From contig KZ538244.1 in assembly GCA_000934665.2 (NCBI GenBank), forward strand, positions 62,001 to 126,000: 64,000 nt of DNA, written 5' to 3'. The translations under genes were made by a program, and so were the position numbers. The notes under the pieces are model-generated. The model worked only from the letters and a program-made list of their open reading frames with translations. It was not told the DNA's origin and made no database searches. This DNA comes from Catajapyx aquilonaris (taxonomy: Eukaryota). Each line of letters begins with the position of its first letter. The first letter of the stretch is position 1. Positions 26,620 to 38,357 of the stretch are shown here, in pieces.

Positions 26620-26800
26620 CAAAAAAGGGTCTTATATAGAACGGCTCTGTCTGTCCGTCTGTCCGTGGACAGGTATTAGAGCCTAAACCGCATGAGATAG
26701 CAACAAATACTTCCTCAGATTCGGATTCAGCGTACCCTAAATAGGTTTCATAGTCAACTTCAGTGACCGGCTACTTCCGGTTTCTGGGTTCAATCTATCC
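26620..26800 (+). mobile_element. DINE-1/HINE (Helentron-associated)-like fragment
   Basis: GGGTCTTAT...CTGTCTGTCCGTCTGTCCGT tetranucleotide microsatellite followed by AGATTCGGATTCAGC, a layout typical of such elements. Boundaries are approximate and the family call is from pattern memory. Confidence 0.4.
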
Positions 26801-26947
26801 GCCAAGGTCAGTTGTACAGTAGGATGTCCTTGGTTCCTTGTCAAATGAGACTGACATTTTATATCGTTGTTGTCTAATTAGATTTCCTTGACAATGATTT
26901 AAAAAGTCTGCTCGAATCACGCTCGCTTGCCAATCTTGTTTGGTTCC

Positions 26948-26949
<2 letters not shown>

Positions 26950-27016
<67 letters not shown>
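26950..27016. repeat. (AAT)n microsatellite
   Basis: Direct reading. Confidence 0.95.
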
Positions 27017-27814
27017 TGAAGCTGGTTTGGGCGAAATGGTTACGCACTTTGACCGCGTGGGTCACACCGAGTGTATGGTGGGATTCAGTATTCGGAGTGC
27101 ATTATGTGGATGATGGCACTTTGGGCAGGAACGCACGTTTCAACACACAGGGAAATGGGAGGCTAAAACATGCCCGACCAACACGAAATTGCCTCACAGG
27201 CAATAAACGTCCCAAAAATGTATTTGTGGATATCGATAGGTCCCTTTTGGGGGTGGCCGCGGGATGGCCCAAATTTCCAGGCAGTTCCCATGTGAGGTGT
27301 ATTTTTTTTTGGGGGGGGGGGGAAGTGCGGGGTAAGGGGTGAGGGTATATATAGTATAGTGAGTGGAGGGGGGTAGGTATATGGGAAGGGGAGGGGTTGA
27401 ATATCACAGATGCCTTCCCCGCAATCGCACGTTCTTTGCATGCCGTGTGTGACACCGAATGCAATTACGCCCTGATCGGGCGTGACAGTTCAGTGAACAA
27501 TTTCACTCCATTGATTGGCAGGCTGGGTTGCGGCTAACACCACCCTTTCCCCCCACCCCCAACACACCAGAATTGCTACTGCACAAAACCAGCCCCTGGA
27601 AATGGGACTTTTCCGAGGGCCAACTTGCTCCTGGGTCTGTACACTGGGCTGACACCTAAAGTCTGATTTGTACGGAGCGAGTTGCACTCAAACGTGATTG
27701 CGTGGGTTGGTTTAATACTAAAGTGAAACCTGTCTATAACAGACAACCGGAGTGGAAACTTTTAAACCCTGTATACCACGTTTATAGAGGCAAATCGTAA
27801 TTGTTTGATTAATT

Positions 27815-28000
27815 AATTTATTTATTTACATACGTACGTATTATTTATTTATCTGCATACATATACGTACGTATTATTTATTTATTTGCATACGTATTAT
27901 TTATTTAATTATATGCGTATTATTTATTTAATCGTGTGTATTATTTATTTACTTATGTGTGTATTCCTAAGTATGCAGCCACTCGTTAATTTATTTAATT
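27815..28000. repeat. Degenerate minisatellite built on GTATTATTTATTTA
   Basis: The motif recurs at least five times with short RY-rich spacers. Confidence 0.75.
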
Positions 28001-29958
28001 ATCCATTTATCTGCTTTCGTGTATGCCCTATATTTATGGTACTTCCTTTTTGTTTACTTTTTTTAAAATGTTTGTGTAATACTGAAGCTCGGTCTCCAAC
28101 TAAAGCTTGTTATGTGCTCGCCAAAAATACCCCCACTTTTTAACCTTCCTGCGGAGAGTACGTGTGATTTTAGCAATTTCCTCTCGGTCGCGCCCGATAA
28201 CATGCAAGATGATGCATGTGTGGAGCCAGCCCCAGAGATGAACCCTTGCGAAATTGAGTACACCTAACTCAATCACAGGGGCGTACACGTCCCTCTTCAC
28301 CAAAGCCCACCGATGTTTTCCGTCCACTTAGGCTATTAGTTGCCCCCAAAACCCCTTTGACCGTTAAAAAGTTCGACAACCTCTCCTGCTCTCTCTCTCT
28401 CTCTCAGGCCAAACTTGCAAAGTCAGCCAGGGTTTTCTGTCCATAAAGTATTCAATTTGCGAAACTTATTAGCCCCCGTCGGTTGAGTTAGGCAAAAGAG
28501 AGGGGAATGGAAGTCGTCGGTGTGGAAACGTGGGCAGAAATCCTTTTCCTGCATGTGTAACCCCGGTCCTTGAATTATAGATCAGCGGTGGCTTTGTCAA
28601 ATGACTCTGGGGCAGACCCGAGAAGACAAACACTGGCAGGGAGTCATCAAGTGCGCGATACACAGGAGTACCTAACGTATGATGGGGGGTCCCAAAGATC
28701 ATACGCGGCCTTTCCACTTGGATCTCATTTCCTTTGGGATGAACCGCTGGGGTAATTCGTGGCCTCTTTGACTGTCGAGCACAGGGTTAAAAGCGAGGGA
28801 GATTTAACCGATGGGTTAACTCGGGGGTGGGGGGGATTCAATTAGGATTTGCGGATATGCAGGGAGGATAAGATACTTGCAAAAGAGATTCGCGGATTTG
28901 CATAAGTGAAGATTCTGGGGTTGCGGAATATTCAAGTTCATTGGGTCTGGTCGATCAGGTGTTAATGTTTCAGGCTGTGGAAGTCGTCATTAATTTATGT
29001 GGCTCATCGCTTGTGTCCAATACAGTATTATTCAAAAATATTAATACAAATTCGTATATTATAAATGGGTGTGTGATAGCCCACGTTTCTTTCCATAGAA
29101 AAATCGAGCCTGATGTGTAAAATTATTTTATCAAACTATCGTCCATATTTCAATACCGCAATATGCCTGCTGGACCTCCCACGTAGCCGAAGAAGAGTGT
29201 CAGGCCCCATGGTGCTGGAATAGAGTTATCCGGGCCTTATATTTCAAGTAGTTATCACAGAGAGATAGCAGCCGGAATGTCGTGTCCAGTGATTAAAAAC
29301 CTTCCGCGAAAATTTCCTCCCCTTCTCCTCCACCCCCCACCATTCCCAGATAATCGCCGTCCGCAGGACGTAAATAATAGTTTTAAAAACCTGCACAAAG
29401 AAACCTGAGGATACGATGCGGTTTTTTTAAAAAAAGGCAAAACAATGGGATGGTTTTTAGGCCATGTCCCCATGGTCCTCTCTTTGTCCAAGATTTATGC
29501 AGGGGACTACAAAATGCAAATTTCATCTCTCTCCCTGCCTCCATATGCGTACCATTGCAAAAAGATGTACGCTGCAAGAGTGTGAAACAATGGGATGCAT
29601 CTGGCGCTGGTTGTCACGTGGCAACCCCCCCCCCCCCTCTACTTCGTAATGGATTTAACTAAGCGTGTCTGCCACCACCCCTGCCCTCCAACCCCCACAT
29701 CAGACAGAGAGAGAAAAAAAAAGTAGCAAGCACCTCTCTGGTGCAAAAGCAGGGAAACGTTCAGCTGTGCCAGCAGATGTGTCTTTCTCTTGTCACCGCC
29801 GCAGTCAACAACCACTTTGCACAGTTGGAGCATTTTTGGGGGTTCAGGTGGAGGAAGTTTGCTGGGGAATGGAAAATAATGGTACAGTACTGTACAAGTA
29901 AGAGTTGCCCCTGTGATGCAGGCAATGTTGAGTCGCTTGTTCTTGTCTTCAATAAGCT

Positions 29959-30144
29959 GTGGGGACGGAACTATGTGTTTTGCTGTAACTGTGGGGACTA
30001 CTGCCCCCACAATTTCTCATGTGGGGACATTTTGGGTCCCCACATCTTCACACACCAGAACGTTACCGTTATAGTGGGGACATTTTGGGTCCCCACATCT
30101 TCACACAACAGAACGTTACCGTTATAGTGGGGACATGTCCCCAC
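29959..30144. repeat. GTGGGGAC/GTCCCCAC hairpin repeat including a 53-bp tandem duplication
   Basis: 53-bp unit at 30021-30073 and 30074-30126 (1 mismatch). A third start at 30127 is the perfect palindrome GTGGGGACATGTCCCCAC. Further GTGGGGAC copies lie at 29959 and 29991. Confidence 0.85.
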
Positions 30145-30196
30145 AATTTCGATTTGCAGGGTTTCACAAAAGTCCATTTCTCTCAGCCTAGGTTAG

Positions 30197-30236
30197 TTAG
30201 GTTAGGTTAGGTTAGGTTAGGTTAGGTTAGGTTAGG
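30197..30236 (+). repeat. Interstitial (TTAGG)8, arthropod telomere-type pentamer
   Basis: Eight perfect TTAGG copies preceded by CTAGGTTAG. Confidence 0.95.
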
Positions 30237-33200
30237 TCATTTTACACTAGCTTTGAAAAGTTAAGTTTTCAACGTTCCCATATCTTATTGAGCGCAAGAC
30301 TGTGTGGGTTGCCTGCCTTCCAGGATATGTGTATATACCAGTTAGTAGGCTACTAGTACAGTAGCCTACTAAAAATGTGGCACTAACACAATACTATCGC
30401 AGAAGTTGCAGATAACACGAATGAGGTGGCGAAAAATTAGCTTACGGAATGTTTATCTCTTATGGCGCAGCTCGCTATTAACGAAACGAGCAAACAGAAA
30501 CTGCTGGCCATAACCACAGTGTGGCCCACCTCATTGTGCATTGCTCTTAATCCCTTCGCATTCATCCTTGTCCCCGAGAAACAATTTTTCACAGCTCTTA
30601 TCTCACTCTCTACCGAAAATGTGTTGCGTGAGAACCTCCAGAGACGATACGTTAAAAGCTGACGGTATTTTTTTATCTCATTTATACCAGGGCTTTTGAG
30701 CCGCCATGTATGCTGTGTGTTATCCTACAGATATGTTCTTTAGCTTATTTTTTGGGGGGCTGTTCTTAACCTAGCAGAAAAGCCACATTTCGTGCAAGTT
30801 GTGGCTGTTTGGGTCCTGTGGAAATACGTGGAATGAGAAGACTGGGATAATCCTGGAATTGGACCGGGACTCTCTGGAGCTGGTTACAGGCGAGGTTGAC
30901 GAGTTGGGAAGAGGAGAAGAAAAACTTTTATTCTTCTTTTTTGCTACTTTTTTTTTCTAGCTCTGCTCTTCCCTTTCCCCTTTTTCTTCCTTTTTTGTTG
31001 GGTTGGCCCCAATTGGAAAGGGTGTTGGGGGAACTGGGAGGTTGGTTGAGCCGTGGGCAAAGTCTGCACTCTGAGGGTCCTGTGGACGAAAAAGGGTGGA
31101 TTTTGGGGGTAGACTCTTGATTGCCCCCCTGTGTGGATCTGAACTGGACAGAAGTCTTTGAAGGGCCGGATATTGATTCGGGTTTTAGGCCACGGATTTT
31201 TTGGGAGGACCAAAGGGACGAAATGTTGATTATTTAGCTGTTTTTAATGAGAAAAAATATTCGTTTTCTTGAGCATGACCCAAATAAGGCTGTATAAATG
31301 AAGGAAGTAAGGGAAAATTACTTTGTGTATACTTGGACACAAACAGGCTGTTTTGCCTCGACGTTATGCTGATTTTGTCCCCGCAACAAAAGTTTTTATG
31401 TGTCCCGCATCAACTACGGTGCGAAACTAGGGTACATGCTGTAGTTATCCAGAAGATAATTTCATGCGCGTATGCAACTTTTAATAATCCGCCGCAACTA
31501 GAGGTTACCTTATTTGTTTTTCTCAGCATCCGAGTGCTGCAGATATGTTTCTTGTAATTGTCTATTTTAACGTGTGTTTTAATAGAAGGTAGATATTTCG
31601 GCCATTTTATAGAACATTACAAATTACATTACGCATCCAAGTCTGAATTAGTGGCGATAAAATGCTGAAAGTAATTAGTGTCGACAAAAAAAATTGAATG
31701 TGTTGCTATCTGTGGAAAATATCAGATGTATACTGCGGTTATAATTTTTTCCCCTAGCATAGTTACACAGCTAATTTGGAGACTGCATCATTACCCCTGC
31801 ATCCCAACCCTTAGCGCATTTTATAGCCACTTGATTTCCACCCATTACAGAGTATGATCGATTGCGGATTAGTGCAGTGCGGATACCGGAACCATCCCAA
31901 CCCCCACCCCCACTCTACTAATCGGTAATTTCATTGTGCGTGTATAATTACACCCGCCAAATTTATAGCAAATGAACGCCATTACCGCCAATAACAATCT
32001 TAAAGCCCTGTCAGAAATCTGCAGCTTTTGAATACCTAAACTATCACGATTAGCCAAAATTGGCAATAAGTCTCAAAATCACCCTTTTAACGGCTCTTAG
32101 AATAAACCGCCTGTATTTATAGCACAGTTAATGTCACTCACTCGAAATATGACACCTTTCTTTACACAAAAAAAGCACCCCGCAACACATGATTGCGTTT
32201 ACACCCAGTCCTTCAGAGAGTGGATCCTCAGGAGGCCTTCCGGGTCACGTAACCGAGGTAGAGATCTTTGGGAATGGAAGACGTAAATGCGGTTATCGCA
32301 GGCGGGAAGAGCCGTCCTTCTTCCTCTTCTTCTTCTTCTCCTCTCTTTTTTTTTATCAGACTGGATCCAGGCTACTTCGAACTCTGAAAAACTCGGTCCA
32401 AACTCGTGAACATTAGCAGCAAAAGTTGTTGAGGGCCCCATAGCCTTGGCCTTCGCACCACAATAATAGAATAGTATTCCCCATGAGGGAAATGACGTTT
32501 TTTTTTACCAAACCCTCCATGAATAATGGAATTTTTTTTGGAGCCACCCCCACTGCCTCTAAAGAGTAAGAAATTAGGATTGTGGGAGAGTTACTATCGA
32601 AAAAAAAAGTTTGGAACTCAATCCAGCTTATTTGGTCCTCCCTTTTATGGGAGGTAAATTAGGTTATGATTTTACTGAAGGGATGAGTGGCTTGGAGTTT
32701 TGCTACATAGGACACACAATTTTTGGGGAAGGGAGCAACAAATCTGACAAATGTCAGACCCTGTAGATTAATGGGATTAGTTCAGGAAAGTTCATCAAGA
32801 GCGATTTGTTTTCATATGGAAGAAAAGGAGAAGAGACACCTTGTCAGCGGGTCATTTGTCACCCGGACAAGTTTTGGCGCGGACGAGAAGCAGTATCACT
32901 TGAGCAGATATTTCCCTTGCGCATTTATCCTGTAATTAAACGCTTCTGTCGTCTCCAGCACTAATTGTGTTTCAATGGCGACTGTTAATGAAAAAGTATC
33001 AGGAGACGACAAAAAGTTATGTGAGAAGATTTTCAGAAAAATGTTATATAATTATGTACCTCTCACCCCCCCCCCCCAAAAAAAAACCCCCCTCGATTAT
33101 ATCCCAGGCAGTTGCTTAACGACCCAAAAAAATAATCACCATCGGCATCAATACGGGGGACATAATCTTTTCACTTTGATAGTCCGCACGTGATCCAGGC

Positions 33201-34378
33201 AGCGCATCTCGCCCTGAATATTTCAGGATCCTGAGCAAAATTGTCGCCCTCCTGAAAGAGATAAGAATTATCCCCCATTGTATTGGCCATAACGAAGGTG
33301 AGGGGGAATTCCCCTATTATCTTCCCCAACATTGAATGTGAGGGATGGCCAGATAAAGTGAAGGAGAGAATATGTGTCTATGTTCGTTTTTTGGGGGGAG
33401 GAAAGAAATTGGGTAAACTTGATGTGAAGGACGGTGGAAAGCATAAAGGGGGAGAAAGAATGGTGGAGAGTAAATTCGATGCGAAAGGAAAGAAAAGAAG
33501 GATGGTGAATGCGACCTGATAGGACGAAAAAGAAAGACGAAAAAAAGAAGGTGTGGGGAAGAAAAAGAGTATAAATGAAATCGCGGGAAAGAAGATAAGT
33601 TTTCAAGTCCTGAGGATAAAGTTTGGGAACTGGCACGCTAACTGATCCGTGTGATTTTGTGAAGATTACGCCTCGAGGTTAAGGATTTTTTTCGTCTTCT
33701 TCGGACTGAGACCACTCTTTTTTTTTATTTAGAGGGAAAGTTAATTTTCGGGATAGTCCTTCAGGTCGATTGTAATCGCCTGGAAGGGGAGAAGGCATTT
33801 TCTTGGAATTTAGTCGCGAAACGAAGGATAGCAGGGGAAGGAAAGGGGAGAGTTTTCCCCATGTATCATGAGGATTTATGCCATTCGAGACCGGGTAAAA
33901 ATGTGGGCTAATGGTTGGAGCAACTCCCCCCCNCCCCCCCCCCCCCCTCCCTGAAAACTCTTGAAGCCACAGACGGTTTTCGACTACTTGTGCCGAAATA
34001 AATGGGTTGAAATTAGCCGACTGCGAACCTACCCTGCAGGGGTGGGCTATAAATTGTGGAGAAAATTTTAGGCCCCAGCGCGAGGAGGAATTTGGGCGAA
34101 ACTTGAAGCGGAAAATACGCTGCCCTCGTACTTGAAACTCTTGCTCGTGACATGCTGTTCGGAGATAATTAAATCCATTAGAATTGATTTTTAACTGCCG
34201 ACACGTGGCTGCCCTTTATACTTTTTAGCAGAAGGGCAGCCTGTTAGATATTCATATGAAATTGCGCTAGACGTGGTTAATCACATGCTGTGGGGGGATC
34301 TGACGCAAAATTTGGTTCCAAATGTGGGCTTAAGTTATGACTATACAGCCAATCACATGAAAGGAGCTGGCAGTGGTA

Positions 34379-34380
<2 letters not shown>

Positions 34381-34431
<51 letters not shown>
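34381..34431. repeat. (AAT)n microsatellite followed by A-rich low-complexity sequence to ~34710
   Basis: Direct reading. Confidence 0.9.
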
Positions 34432-34432
<1 letters not shown>

Positions 34433-35699
34433 CAGAATAAATTTATACGTCAAAGCAAATAAATATACAGATCATAAAATAATTTTTCAAATAATACCCA
34501 AGTAAAATAATTTTTCAAATAATATTCGAATAAAATAAATTTGTTAGGATAATAAATATCAGGTGAATTTGAAATGAAATAAAAAATCGAATAAATTTGC
34601 AAATAAAATAAAAATTAATTTGTAAACAAAATAAAATAAATGCATAAAAATACCGTACATAAACAAAACAAAATAAATACGGCACATAAACAAAGTAAAT
34701 AAGTATCAACCATTAGGTTTTAGAGAAACACTCCTCTAGTTGAAATTTTGATGATTGTTCAAATTTGAGTCATCTGAGGTCAATTATTGAACCCATTGAC
34801 CTCACTTAATATTTTAAAAATATATCATCTCCTCTGTTCCTTGAATTTGGCTCAGAAATAGCTTAAATCGGTGCGGAATCTCCGCAACTAAATTACTAGA
34901 GGTTTAGGAGCTCCCTCCACAATGAGCCAATAGAATCTGAATTTATCACGCCGAGATAAATGGCGTGAAATATTTGATTACTTTCAATAAAACTTGCAGG
35001 CATTTTCTTCTCCCCTTTTCCCCACCCCACCAGCCCCTCCCATCCAACGAAATTAGAGTGTGCGATTATAAATGAAATCTCTATCTCTCCCCTCTCTTTC
35101 CATCCACATTAATCAGATGGCCCAGGTTAAGAACCGGGCTGAAATGGGTCCCTCCGTCCGATTGGTTGGGTTGAAACAAAGAGAGAGTTAGGATGGGGGT
35201 GGGTGGGTGGGTGGGGGGCGAAGAAAATCCCCTTCACCTCCTGTATCTCATCAGGACTTGCCCCCTCTTCTCCGGAGAATCTTTCCTTCTTCTTCACGAC
35301 TGGCTTGAGAAGACATCTTTCATTACCAAAATGGCAGTTAATCAAAAGGAAAGCGCCGGCTTTTGTGACAAGGAGGCTTCTCTTAAATAACACGAGGAGG
35401 TGTCATCGGAGATATTGTAACTCAGATCAATAAAATCCGGGGCTGAAAAGGCCCATTAAATTTATACGAGTGTATCGAGCTGTGCGAGAGAAGGAAAAGG
35501 GAGAGAGAGAGGTTAAGCTTGCTGCCTCATTTTGTCTTAAGAAAAAAAAAAGGGGGAGAAGGATTGAAATGGAGGCTGTTTCATCCTGGATGACAGATAA
35601 CCAATGAGCTGTTCTTGTGCGCAGGAGTTGCAGCCATCGTAGGATGAAGATGGTCTGGTCAGAAGTTCAGCCTGCTTAGTCTCTCGTTTTACATTAATA

Positions 35700-35935
35700 C
35701 TACATGAAAATTATATATAAAATGCACTGTAATGCGTAAAAATATGCAGCAGTTTGCATGTCTAAAATTATGCATAAGAGTATATAAAATTATGCAGTTC
35801 AATGTATAAAATAATACAATCATTAGAGTACTGAATATAAACCTATGGCACTATGCACTGTATAATATAAAATAATGCATAATAGTATATAAAATAGTGC
35901 ATAACAGTATATAAAATAATGCACTTCAATGCTAA
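35700..35935. repeat. Degenerate AT-rich minisatellite (~22-bp unit, TATAAAATWATGCATAAYAG-like)
   Basis: Recurrent TATAAAATAATGCA / TATAAAATTATGCA units. Confidence 0.7.
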
Positions 35936-37553
35936 AAATGATGATTACATGTTTTCAGTGTACATTTTGTGTTGTAGAATTTAATTTATTTTGTGTGTAA
36001 ATAGAAATTCTTATGACATATACCTGAACTTTTGACAGGCAAGTAATTTTTGTGTGGTTTTGTGCAGAATTCGTTGACAAGATTGTACAGGATGCTTGCA
36101 TGCCAGCCTGAGTTTTTTATGTTTTGAGAAGTCGCGTTTTCCGGGCCGTTCCCAAAGTTTTTCCAGCATCTTTGCGGAGGTCCCATCTGCGCCACTATAT
36201 CAAAATAGGAAAAAAGGAGGAAAGATTGTTTCCATTCCCATGGCGGTCTCTGCTCCAGACGAAATTCTTCCTCGGCAGAAAGGCCTATAGCCACGTTGGG
36301 CTGATAGCCTTAAGAAGGGATTTTGCATTTCAACTATACCGAGATCCGGGGAGAGAAAAAAAAGGAAGTGGGTTTCCCCCCTCCACCCCTCCCAACCTCT
36401 TCTCCAAAAAAACCAACCGCCGGTATCCGCCGAGTGCATGGCATTAATGGCCCGGGAAAGAAATAAAGCCAACGGAGCTATTGAATGAAACTTATGATTA
36501 CAATATTTCAAGAAATGCCCATTTCTTTCCTTCCTTTTCCCCCCTCCCCCTCCCTCCAGCCAAACTACACTGCTCCCATTTCAACTTTTACAACTTGAGA
36601 GTGGGGGGAGGAGGGGTCGTAAATATTTGTCAATGCATATTTGACCCAAGCAAGAAGAAAAGTGGGGAGCAAGTTTTCAAAGATGTTGAGTGGGTAGAGA
36701 GGGGTCTTGCATTAGGTCGTTTGACATCAAATTACATCTGCATGATGCTCGACAGCAAAAATATGGGAGAAGCGAAAACAAGGCTTTCTTTTGAACTTTT
36801 TTGAGGTTTACTCTACAATGTTGTGTTTAATATGCGTGGAGGATACAGTATGTTTCAGAAGTGCAGCCTTGGCATGTAATATTGCTGCAGTGCTTTTCTT
36901 GGGTATGAAAATGTTCTTTAAAGCTTCAATAAGACACTTTATTCATAACCCTGAGTCCTATCGATGTAATGGCTTTATTATTACGGCAGCGAATATTATT
37001 CTTTTGCGTTCACAAGTGACACTGGCTTCCTTTAAAAAATTGACATAAAATGTGCTCAATATTTTTTATAGTTTGAACTTTTTTGTTTATAAATGAAAAG
37101 CTCATTGTACTAAAGTAGTGGGAAACTGCTCACTATTTTCCATGTATATAAGAATATTTGCAATTCCTCTGCGTTCTTGAATGTGAGTATCCTTTTTCTC
37201 ATACTCTCTCCTATCTCGATGCACCGATTCTAAGTTTAAACACCTTTAAAATAGACACACCTCAGAAGCCTGTGCACTACATAAAATCGATCTGGCCATA
37301 TATACATCCCCGATAGGCCACTTTAAAGGAGCGCCCATTTTCCCTCGTCACTGTTGGGGGGATTGCAAGCAGCGGATTCTTGCATTTGGTTCCTTTACAC
37401 GGCTCCCTGAGCAGAGTGGTATATCTCTCATCCCGCAAATGCTCCTTTTACATTCGTCAGATCCACAGACTATGATTGGGGACTCCATTCAGGTAGCGTA
37501 GAGTTGGCTTTGAATGCGGTAACCAGACTGGAAGGCATGCAAATCTCAGAGGT

Positions 37554-37554
<1 letters not shown>

Positions 37555-37595
<41 letters not shown>

Positions 37596-37606
37596 AGAGA
37601 GAGAGA
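37555..37606. repeat. (GA)n microsatellite
   Basis: Direct reading. Confidence 0.95.
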
Positions 37607-38279
37607 AAAAAAGGAAAGATTTTTTTTTTTGCAGAAAGATGATGCCAAATTGTAACTTAGCTTGGAAGGGAAAAAGAGGCTCTTAGGGTCAGAGGCTTTT
37701 TTTTTTGGATGCATACGATATTCCCTCTCCATTTTGCAGCCTACCTTTCCATTTCCAGACACGCTTTGCTCCACTGAACTAATTAGGTGGCAAGGCTGGA
37801 AATGAGACGACGGATATGGCAACGAGAAGATGGGAGGGGGGGAGGGGTTATTGGAGAGGGGGGGGAAGGAGGAGATGGGGGGGGGGACCTAAGATTTCTT
37901 TTGCGCAGCCTTCCCTTCCCAATTTTCCACTCGACCTACTTTGAAGCCGAGGAATGAGAAGTGATTTCGCATTGATCTGGGCTCTTGCAGCCTCCCTTAA
38001 GGCCAGATTTGCCTGCTCATTTTGGAAACCAGGATAATGTCCGGAGAGAGAGAAAAAAAATCGGATGTCGTCTCTCTCGATTCTGTTTGTGCGGGTTTGG
38101 TAATCGCTAATGGGTCAAATGGATATTGCTGGATGTGCCTTTGATGAAGGAACCGAATTAATGTGGCATGATTTTTGGGACAAACCGCAAAATGATCAGC
38201 GCCGATATTGTAAGCATGGGGAGCAAAATAGTTACATTAAATGAAGTGCCAAATAAAAAACAAATTAGTGCGAAAATCT

Positions 38280-38357
38280 CTATATCGCTCAAAACGATTG
38301 AGATGATTTTGCATTGAAATCAAATGCACAATCATCTCAATTTTTTGTGTGATATAG
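38280..38357. repeat. 78-bp imperfect inverted repeat (fold-back)
   Basis: The left arm CTATATCGCTCAAAACGATTGAGATGATTTTGCATT pairs with the right arm AATGCACAATCATCTCAATTTTTTGTGTGATATAG with a few mismatches and a short loop. Confidence 0.75.

Noticed and set aside
26874..27065. Poly-Tyr ORFs here and at 52696-52893
   Set aside because: Translations of (AAT)n microsatellites.
30021..30144. CRISPR-like repeat-spacer appearance
   Set aside because: The spacers are near-identical (tandem duplication), the context is eukaryotic and there are no cas genes.
30197..30236. True telomere or chromosome end
   Set aside because: Only 8 units, with ordinary sequence on both sides.
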